The translations under genes and the position numbers were made by a program. A stretch of DNA of 63,975 nucleotides, filler included, from Dicyema japonicum (taxonomy: Eukaryota; Animalia; Dicyemida), in NCBI GenBank assembly GCA_011109175.1. It is 5 parts of 5 records of this genome, joined end to end, with 100 filler letters (N's around TTAATTAATTAA, not from the genome) between each part and the next. Parts side by side here need not be neighbours in the genome. Positions count along the whole stretch, not along the records: positions 36,077 to 61,273 come from RDEW01000174.1; positions 61,374 to 62,770 come from RDEW01000253.1; positions 62,871 to 63,975 come from RDEW01000008.1; 2 more parts are not named here. The stretch is one strand, 5' to 3'. The notes beneath the pieces are model-generated. The model had not been told where the DNA came from. It searched no databases and saw nothing but the letters and a program-made list of their open reading frames with translations. Shown here in pieces: positions 54,720-63,975 of the stretch. How positions within the stretch are numbered: position 1 is the stretch's first letter; the number at the start of each line of letters is the position of its first letter.

Positions 54720-57090
54720 ATCAATCATTGGAAGACATGGAAGGGGAAAAAAGGAACATTGCAGGAACCTTGCAAAGCTAGCTTTTGTCAAGCAATTAAC
54801 CTATTCCTGTGTATCACGCCCTCTATTGCACTCGGCAAGACACAGGACAACTTGGGTAGGCAATAGAACGAAGTCTGACGGAAGCATTGAGAAAATCTAC
54901 AATCAAATAGACTACATTATTTGCAGACAAAAAGACCGCAGTATTGTCACTGATGCCCGTGCTTATGGAGGGTCTATAATTGACAGCGATCACAAGATGG
55001 TTATGCCAAAATGTCCTTAAAGAGACTTATGGGTTTGCAAGGGATGAAAAGAAAGTGCAATGGACACACGGAACTGCGGGGGAAGGGATACGTTATAGAC
55101 CATCTAAAGAACAATACTATCCAGGAAAGGAATTCAGAAATACCTGGATGAGGGATTGGAAGAAATATTAGTAGATTTGGCATCGAAAATTGCGTGGACC
55201 TTGGTCAAACAAAAGATCATGATTGCTACGGATATATATCTACAGAGGACTACGTAACTAATACCCACTGAAAAAAATAACCGATTTGATCTCCTTGCTA
55301 ATCAACAAAAAGCGATATGGATACAATGTCTAAATACAGATGACAAAAATACGAAACATCGGCTACAAGAGAAAAGAACAGTCATCAAAAAGAAACTAAG
55401 AAAAGCTGCACGTCGGATATTAAAGAACGAAACAAGAACAAAAATTATAGAAAATCGAAGGCCTTAAAGACAATGCGAAGTTTTATGAAGCTGTCGGCCA
55501 AATCAGAAAACTACCAATGAAAACGCTGACTTTACGAGATGAAGAAGGAAAACACATTGCTAACCAACAAGAAGTTGCAGAACTAATAGCGGACTATTTT
55601 GAAGCACAATTCGTGTCAAAAAATAGCAAAAAACTTACAATTAACACGGATCAGAGAAAATTAGACGAAGAAATAACTTTGGAAGAAGTGATGACAGCAA
55701 GGTTCAAACTGAAAGACAATAAGATTCCCGGCTCAGATGGCTTAAATGGTGAATTTTTCAAATATGGAACGCAAAAACTATACAAGATAATTGCCTGGAT
55801 TCTAAACGAAACGTACAGAAAAGGAAGCACCTTGCACTTGGAGAAGGACTATTGATACCAGTACAGAAGCCAAACAAAAAAGCGGAGAATGTAGAGAACC
55901 TAAGACCAGTGGTCTTAATTAACACATTGCGGAAGATACTAGCCAATATTACACTTCAAAGAATGGAGGGACACCTGGACTCGTACCTGTCGACTTATCA
56001 AAGTGGATTCCTCAAAGGGAAATCAACGTCAGATGTTATATGGAGCCAGAATTGGAGAAATGCAACTGTTAAAAAATTTAAAATAACGACAACCATTTTG
56101 GGGATTGATGTGTCAAAGGCCTTTGATTCCGTCAACAGGAACAAGCTGCTGCAAATACTGTAGCACTTCTTGGAGGGCTCAACGATTAGGATGGTCAGGA
56201 CTGGGAAAGCTTTATCGAGGACATTCGAAACGACAATTTGTACCCCTCAAGGAGATCCATTATCCCCGATTTTGTTTATTATTTATCTGGAGGCAGCTCT
56301 ACGAGACCTGAAGCCTCATATCGGAGAAGGAACGAGCATAATATCCTATGCTGATGACGTGGACTTTATTTCGAATAACAAACGAAAGTTAATTGCACTT
56401 TTGGAGAAAATGCCTTATAAAATGGCTGAATTGTCATTAAAAGTAAACACAAATAAAACCGAAATCACGGAGCTAAAAAGAAGTGAGGAAAGGACCGAGG
56501 AGCACTGGCGCAGATCAAAAAAACTAGGATGCCTTCTCGGTGACACCGAAGATATTACACGAAGGAAGACACTAACTAATGCCACTTTCAACAAAATGAA
56601 GAAGATCTGGCTTCTTCACAAAGGGCTTGACCTTAAAGCTCGAATGAGACTATACAATGCCATAATGGATCCAATCCTATTATATAATGCCGATACATGG
56701 GCATGTACAGGGCAGGAACTCGAAAAGTTGAATTCTTTTCATAGAAATCATCTCCGAGCACTCCTTTCTTCCCGAAACTTTTTCATAATACTGTCCGAAA
56801 TTTTATACAAGAGAACAGGAACTAAGCCAATATCATGTGATATTACTGATTCAAGATGGAGGCTGTTTGGACACATACTCCGCCACGATATGGAGACTCT
56901 TGGCAACATAGCAATGGAGGAGTATTTTATCTTAGATGCTTCGCGTTTCCTAGGCCGGCCGAGGACAACACTGCCGGTAATCCTAGATGAAGATCTCAGG
57001 AGGATTGGAAAGTGGCTTAAAGATGAGGATGATCTAGATATGCTACGGAACACGGCAACTAATCGAAAAGATGGGCAATGTTAATTAGAT
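54720..57090 (+). mobile_element. RTE-clade LINE (APE end + RT), frameshifted
   Basis: NQIDYI..DSDHKMV, PGSDGL, NLRPVVLIN, GIDVSKAFDSV, PQGDPLSPILF, SYADDVDF, WRLFGHILR. Confidence 0.92.
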
Positions 57091-57184
57091 TGTTACCTTT
57101 ACGTGTTGCACATGCTTTGTCATGATCTTGGCATCGCGGACGTGCCTATAATAATAATATCCAAGACATTGAAAATGTTCTTGA

Positions 57185-57340
57185 CTTCTTGTTTTTTTTC
57201 GTTTTTTGATTGTATGCGAACCGCTTGTCAAACCCCAAAGCATCGTAGATGCGTGGAACTTTCTACCTAATGGACAGCAATGAGATTCGAATACGGCACC
57301 TCCTGATTTTGGTCCAGAACTAATTATTACTGAGCCATTT
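57185..57340 (-). mobile_element. tRNA-derived SINE, copy 3
   Basis: TGGCTCAGT A-box, ATTCGAATC B-box and CCACGCATCTACGATG core. Confidence 0.65.
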
Positions 57341-57439
57341 CTAGATGATAATAAACTAGTAGATGTTGCCGTCCTTTCCACTGCTGCATATAAAAATTCT
57401 TAACTATCTGGCGTTCTTAGAAGAGCATAACTACGAATA

Positions 57440-57980
57440 CAAAGCTAAAATTGTATAAAACATTCGTGGTTCCAGTCCTGACATACAACTGTGGGACATG
57501 GGGGATTACGAAACGGGAAATGGACAATCTGGATCAATTTCATAGAAATCAACTAAGAAACATCTTGAGAATACATTTCCCGAAAAAGATATCAAATTCA
57601 GAATTGTACAAAAGATGTGGCTTAAGGCCATTATCAGAGGAGATTCTCAAGGCTAGGTGGAGACTTTTTGGTCACATCTTACGAATGGATATGTTGACTC
57701 CACCAAACATTGCAATGGAGAACTATTTCGCACAACTGAAGGGATCATTCCGTGGCAGGTCTAGAGTGACGTTGCCTTCAGTACTAAATGATGACCTAAT
57801 CCGAATAAACAAAACTCTACGAAATGGTGAAGATCTTGACTCACCACGAGCAATGGCCCGGAACAGGGGAACATGGAAGAGGATGTGTGGGAGGATACTG
57901 GACGTGGCACAAGGGGAACTTAATTAATCTAATTAATTTTTGATTTCCCGGGAGTGCTTAAAAAAGAAAAAAAAGAAGAT
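57440..57980 (+). mobile_element. RTE-clade LINE, 5'-truncated, A/G-rich tail
   Basis: YKTFVVPVLTYNCGTW..WRLFGHILR..GRSRVTLP; tail AAAAAAGAAAAAAAAGAAG. Confidence 0.88.
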
Positions 57981-58460
57981 GTTTGCCGTCACTCGTGTCG
58001 CGATTAGTTGTGAGTTCTATTCCTACCTTATTCGAAGGTTTTTTACTGTTATGCGTCTTCTTCGAATCATAGGAGGCATCCTGTGATGCAATTATCTCAG
58101 GAGTGTGCCTGGCCGTCCATAACGAACTTGCGTGGGCTCAAGGAAAAAGCACCAAACCATGTTGAGTAGTCTACTGTAAGTGGTGATCACATCTGATCTT
58201 GTGATCTTTTAGAATTCATTAAATAAGAAAACATTGCTAAGTGCGGATATGAAGATATTCAGAAAGAGAGGATAGTCAGATTCGGCCGATCAGATATATT
58301 ACTCAGTAAGCTCAAGTCCCTTAGAAAGTTATTTAATTAATAGATAATAAGAGTCGTGGTAAGTTTACTTACTCATATGGGTTATGAAGACTACTTACTA
58401 AGACATCTGTCAAGTTGACTAAGAATTCCAATGACATTACTTTTAAAACCCAATTTATTT

Positions 58461-58645
58461 TGGTGGCCCAATGTAACGAGTGCCGGCAAAAGGCCTTATG
58501 GTCTCTAGTTTCAATCTCGTTGCTTCACATTCCGACTGAAGGATCCACGCATCTACGATGTTTTGGCTGGCGAGTGACGCCGTCATCAGTGAACATTTCA
58601 CTTGGAACTGGATCGTCGTAAAGGACTCAAATTCAACAAAAATGA
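58461..58645 (+). mobile_element. tRNA-derived SINE, copy 4
   Basis: GGTGGCCCAATG head, CCACGCATCTACGATG, GCGAGTGACGCCGTCATCAG and GAAGTGAAG tail. Confidence 0.7.
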
Positions 58646-58865
58646 AGTGAAGATCATTCATTGGTTCTCCTCTGAGATTAGTTATAACCGTTCTTTACTT
58701 AAAATAAAGGTCGTGTCCTGCCTAGGTGGAGCTATAAATAATATGGCCCTGCGTAAAGTGCAGTATTATTATTTATTCTAATTCGAATATACACGGTAAA
58801 GGGTAAAATAACAACTAAATTGCCAATAAGTCAGTTAATTTGTTAGAATTACTATCATTAGTCAG

Positions 58866-59266
58866 TTATTTAACGCGAATGACCGGATTGGGGTCCCAGT
58901 GATCATCAAACTTCGACACCTTCCTATATTCTCTGTCTTCCTTCTCAAACTTGAATTTACCACCCTCCACTAAAAATAAAGCGACAAATCCATACTTATA
59001 TTATGAATGGGGTTAGAGACATAGTAATACGTCAGTAAGAAGCTGATAAGAAGCACTTTAAAGTATAGAGACTGATTCCACACGTGTTTAAAGGGGAATT
59101 GTCGGATAGCTCCCAACAATGAGTGAGGATATAAGAAACTTCTCTCATTGACCTTATCAGTTGGACGGTATATAGATCTTCTGACTGGAGGGAGATTAGA
59201 TGAAGATAATCGGCGCAGTCCGGTTAGTTTAAATACATTCCTCAAGGTCATTAATCGAGACTCCAT
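58866..59266 (-). CDS. small single-TM mitochondrial-type protein resembling the Drosophila roh (CG30415) family; intron 58970-58995
   Basis: Arg/Ser-rich presequence; FLYPHSLLGAIRQFPFKH..YFK + hydrophobic segment, recalled as similar to KFPYTFSAKLAQFPIKH. The 26-nt intron restores a clean C-terminal exon ending PVIRVK*. Confidence 0.6.
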
Positions 59267-59439
59267 TAAAACACCCACTAGAAAATATTTAGTGTTGAGT
59301 TGTTAAATTATATTTAATATCATGATTTATTTAAATTTATTATTTAAAATAATTTTCATGATGAGTTCATAAGTCAAAAAGTAAATAAATAGATACTTTA
59401 TTAACGTAACAAACTCGTTACTAATTAAAAACTAATTAA

Positions 59440-61270
59440 AAAGGGAGAAGCTAACGAGTTTGTCTTGGTTGATGGGATCTGGTTTAACGAGACACCATAT
59501 GTCTCCTCTTCGAATTATTGACCCCTTGCATCCAACAAGAATTATTTTTTCAATTGGTGCAATATTTCCTCAGTGGATCTTGCACGTCTCTCATCACTTG
59601 GCGGTATTTAGACTTTAAATCAAGTCCATATGCCAGTTTAATAGCATATCTCTTCGATTTATCGAGAAGCTCTACAATAGTACTTCTCTCATCACTTTCA
59701 AACCATCCTTGGAAGCCATAAATCAAGAATGGTTCTATACAAGCTGTATACACATAAAGAAAAGTTTCCAGACTCAATTGAAAACGTAGAATCGATTTCA
59801 ACATCGCCGTAGCTTTTTCTTCTTTTTCTTGATATAATTAATGAAGGAACCCTTCGAGTTCACACAAACACCAAGATATTGTAACTGCTCCATGCATTTG
59901 ATCGCTCCAGTATCAATACAAATCTTTGATTTGTTCTTGTAATTCACAATCCATAAAGCAGTACATTTTTCAAGAGATAAGGATAAACTTTTCTTTCGGG
60001 ATCCAAGAGCCGTCACGAGACTTGAGATTTATTTCATCTTCTTTCCTATTTAAAGAATTCATTTTCGAAAAAAGTTTCCAGAATTTAGGATTATTACGAT
60101 TGAGTTTAGAGCATGTCCAGTTTGCAACTTCAAAATTTGAATTAAGTGATCACTCCCTATATCATTTTCGACAAAGGGCAGACCGCTCAATAAAGCGAGG
60201 TTTCTTGCATAACGAAACCCAATCTATCAGGACTCCGTTGTTGAAATGATTAAGTTCTTTAGACGTAAAAACTTGTAAATTTTTTGATTCCATTATTTCC
60301 AATAAACATTTGCTGTCAGAATTAGTTTTCACACAACCATATGCAATATTTTTTGCATTGCAATTTCCCACAAGGATTGGGTTTGCATTATTAGCGAAAA
60401 AATCTTTTATAACCCTTGAATAATTCCTTAATCTTTTGGAGTAAATTCCACCAATTGTTATCCAAATAAAAGTGTACAAATCAATGCATAATAATTCGCA
60501 GACATTCTCTTCTATAATTCTAGCAATCGCGTTTTAATACTCTTTTAGTAGAAAATAGAGGTTCCTGTACCAGCTATGGAACAGGGACGCTATAAAATAT
60601 CAACCGAATTATTACTCGGGATATTAATAATTCCAGTATTTTTCATCTTCGTTTCATTAATAATAAATACATCCATCTCAACATTGCTGGTAAAGCTACC
60701 AGCTCCGCTGCCCGCTTCCTAGAGCGGGCAATAACTAGGGTAAATCTGGTTATATCTGATTTATATGGTGGCTGTCTTTTCTTCTTAGAAGCGCCACCAG
60801 ACCAACTAAAAACTTCCTTGTTCTTGTCATGTTTTTAATATTTTTAGATAATTATTCAACAATTATTATAAAACGTTCCTCTTTGANCGCAGACATTCTC
60901 TTCTATAATTCTAGGCAATCGCGTTTTAATACTCTTTTAGTAGAAAATAGAGGTTCCTGTATCAGCTATGGCACCGGAACGCCATGGAATATCAATCGAA
61001 TTATAACTCGGGATATTAATAATTCCAGATTTTTTCATCTTCGTTTCATTAATAATTAATACATCCATTTCAACAGCGCTGGTAAGGGCTACCAGCTCTG
61101 CAGCCCGCTTCTAAAGAAAGCGGGCATTAACCAGGGTAATCCTGGTTATATCTGACTTATTTGGTGGATGTCCTCTCTTCCTAGGAGCGCCACTAGACCA
61201 ACTAAAAACTTGGTGTTTTTAACATTTTTAGATAATTGTTCAACAATTATCATGAAAACGTTCCTCTTTT
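59440..61270 (-). mobile_element. internally deleted APE-LINE of the 6.8-8.9 kb family; endonuclease start duplicated
   Basis: ETK..NIP, VGNCNAK..YG..TN, LQYLGVCV and IYGFQGW..RYAIKLA. Confidence 0.75.
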
Positions 61271-61479
61271 TGANNNNNNNNNNNNNNNNNNNNNNNNNNN
61301 NNNNNNNNNNNNNNNNNTTAATTAATTAANNNNNNNNNNNNNNNNNNNNNNNNNNNNNNNNNNNNNNNNNNNNAAAAAAAATCATATAATAGTGATTGGA
61401 GTAAAGTTGGCTCAGTATGTACTGACAGAGCTCTCCCATGCTTGTCTATCGGACAGAAGTTAGTCCTCATTTTCTACCT

Positions 61480-61700
61480 ATATTATCTTCCAAAACATTA
61501 CCAGAGGAAATTAAGGAGGTTATTGATCAAATTATAAAAATAATTAATATTATTCTTTGATGGGCAATGAATCACAGAATTTTTCAAAGTATATGTTAAG
61601 AACTTGTTCTGAACATTACAGAAGTAAGATGACTTTCTAAAGGAATGACTCTGACAAGAGTTGTCGATTATCTGAGGCTATTATCGATTTTTGAATGACC
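61480..61700 (+). mobile_element. hAT/Buster remnant
   Basis: KTLPEEIKEVIDQIIKIIN..MNHRIFQSIC..TEVR*LSKG. Confidence 0.75.
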
Positions 61701-61739
61701 ATGGATATAAATATTTATCAGAATTGCTTGAATCCAATT

Positions 61740-62230
61740 TAAAGCCAAATTAATCATTTAACAACGAACTTATCCCAGTGGTTAAATTCCCCAAAATCCT
61801 TGGGTCACGTCACTCAGTTTTAAAAAACATATTGAAGAACTTTGGCCACTCGAACGGCCAGCAAAATGAGTGTCTTACCATATTGTACAAGCAATTCATT
61901 AGGACGGCACTAAATTATGCTTCCCTAGGCAGGGTCCCTACCATTGCGCTCTCCCTCCTACAAAAGTTGCAGTATGTCCAAAATTTAGTATTGAATACTG
62001 TAACGGGGTGTTTGAAATCATCTCCCATCGAGAAATTTTACTGGGAATACAAGATCCTGTTTCTGGGTGACCACCTTGAAATGAAGAACTTGCAATTTCT
62101 CTGAAAATCACATTACCCTATCAATAACCTTCCCACTGTTTAAATTCACAGAACATTCACTGATCTCCAAAGAACACTAAAGAAAATCCCACCTTAGACA
62201 AAAGGCCAAACCAAAACAAAATTTATACAT
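61740..62230 (+). mobile_element. I-group LINE fragment
   Basis: KFPKILG..LYKQFIRTALNYAS..LNTVTGCLKSSP. Confidence 0.75.
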
Positions 62231-62870
62231 GACTTTTTACCTACACATGCGATACGAACCCTCGAAGAGAACAAGATACTGGAGCGCATAACTCTTGAGA
62301 TTAGCACTTCAAACTTCTTCTTCCGAGGGATATCAGAGTGGAACTTTCTCGTTTACAATGTAAAAATCATCCATCTCTCATTAGGAGAGAAGTTTGGGAA
62401 TGTAATGGATTTCTGGGAGCTTCCTGACTTAGCTTCCTGACTTGCTTGCCTAAGACTCGAAGTGAATGTAATAAATTTCTGGGAGCTTACTGACTTAGCA
62501 ACGCGTTTTTGATTAAAAATCTAACTTATATTATCCGACACCGAGTATAAAAGACTGTAACCATACAGTTGGGAATTAGAAATACTAAACAATTGTTAGA
62601 AAGTTAAATCTAATATTATTAGTGTGGTTTAGTAGAATTATAATCTGAATCACATACATAGAGCTTTCATTATGTATTTGTTGCAACAATTTTCCCAAAT
62701 ATGTTCAAGCTTACATTTATCATCATTATTTTCTAATACATCGTCATAACATGATGTATTTTTGCAATCCNNNNNNNNNNNNNNNNNNNNNNNNNNNNNN
62801 NNNNNNNNNNNNNNTTAATTAATTAANNNNNNNNNNNNNNNNNNNNNNNNNNNNNNNNNNNNNNNNNNNN

Positions 62871-63500
62871 ATCATTGTTTGCGAGTTACCACCATCTATG
62901 TGCACCATATGTTCTTGTATATCTCTACTTGATAAATTGTAGTTTCCAAGTGCAAATATAAAGCACCTTTTTTCGTTGATGGATTGAAATCACAATCCAT
63001 CAGTAGAATAACTCTATTGCCAACATTCAAAGATTCGTCATTTTTCCAGCTTCAGTTCTTACGCATTTCGTCTGCAGCAAGCGAAATATTTCTTTGAGCA
63101 AAATCTTTTGACAGCGATAAGTCTTCATCTTCTTAATACTGTAGTAAATTCAAACGTTCATCCGAAGGTCCATTAAAAATCTTGAATGGAGCATGTTTCG
63201 TTGTCTCATGATTGGGTATTTTGTAACTGAATACAATATTAATCCTATATTTTCGAATTACTCTGCAATAGACTTTATTTTACTCGTAAACTAGCAATGG
63301 GGCAAGTCTCCAAATAAGCTGATTACACTTTCTGAAAGGCGACGCGTCAAGAAATCCATTTATAAGCCTCCAATTTCATTCAGGGTTGAAAGAGTACAAG
63401 AAAATTCGTTCTCTCAAATCCTCTGGCCAACTAGTAAACAAGTTACAGAGAACAGCATCAGGGAAGTCTTTTTTAGGAACAAAGTCATGCAAAGTTCTTT
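62871..63500 (-). mobile_element. possible piggyBac transposase remnant
   Basis: Degenerate matches (NDES, KKG..YKNIWC) spread over frames with stops. Confidence 0.35.
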
Positions 63501-63975
63501 AATACTGACCAGACCACGTGGAGTCTTAAAAAATTTTTTTGTAAGAAGGTCATTCAATAGAAAAACTCTAATAGTTTTTTAGTGAGAAAGATTCAAATAG
63601 AGATTTATGTATTTAAAGATGTCCTACTCAAAATTAGGCCACGTGTTGTTTTAATCTGCATTCAACATCCCTTAGATTCCTTAGGGAATATATTCCACGA
63701 ACAATCAACAACTCATAAACGTGGCTAACACTCAAGGGAAGACATAGTACTTTATGTGAACAAATATAGACACGTGTAGGTTTGATCTACGATATTCCTC
63801 ACTGTCCATCTAAGTAGTATTTCGATATTGACTTAGGAGAAAAACGAGGTTATGAAAGCCAAGGAAGAAATACAAAGTGCTGATTGACCAGTTCACATTC
63901 CAGCTCATCGTAGTTGAGAAAACTAAATGAATAATCGGGAAATCTATTCGTTTCCTCTAGAAGCTGGGACGTATG

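Overview
AT-rich eukaryotic DNA, standard genetic code, very probably animal. It is dominated by decayed transposons with a few host genes split by 21-32 nt GT-AG micro-introns. That intron size range matches what is reported for dicyemid mesozoans, but the taxon is an inference. The window is a draft pseudo-scaffold: N-gaps carry an artificial TTAATTAATTAA spacer, single-N joins duplicate contig ends, and some contigs have many homopolymer indels. Host genes I can support: PRP16/DHX38 (17 exons, 16 introns of 23-29 nt, 1015 aa, frame intact throughout), mitochondrial ketoacyl-ACP synthase OXSM, IST1, a 5S rRNA and a 5'-truncated tRNA-Lys(CTT). Genes the ORF track fragments or misses: an LRR family with one repeat per exon (3 partial copies), a divergent PCNA-like clamp, a single-finger YKTxLC-type CCCH protein and a small mitochondrial membrane protein resembling Drosophila roh. 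Mobile elements: eight CRE-type (RT + restriction-like endonuclease) retrotransposon copies, one near full length with an N-terminal PHD finger; RTE and I/Jockey-group LINEs; a tRNA-derived SINE family; and pogo/Tigger, hAT (Buster, BED, MITE), Merlin/ISXO2, piggyBac and Helitron-like remnants. Element boundaries are approximate unless a TSD or splice site is given. Homology calls come from recalled motifs, not database searches.
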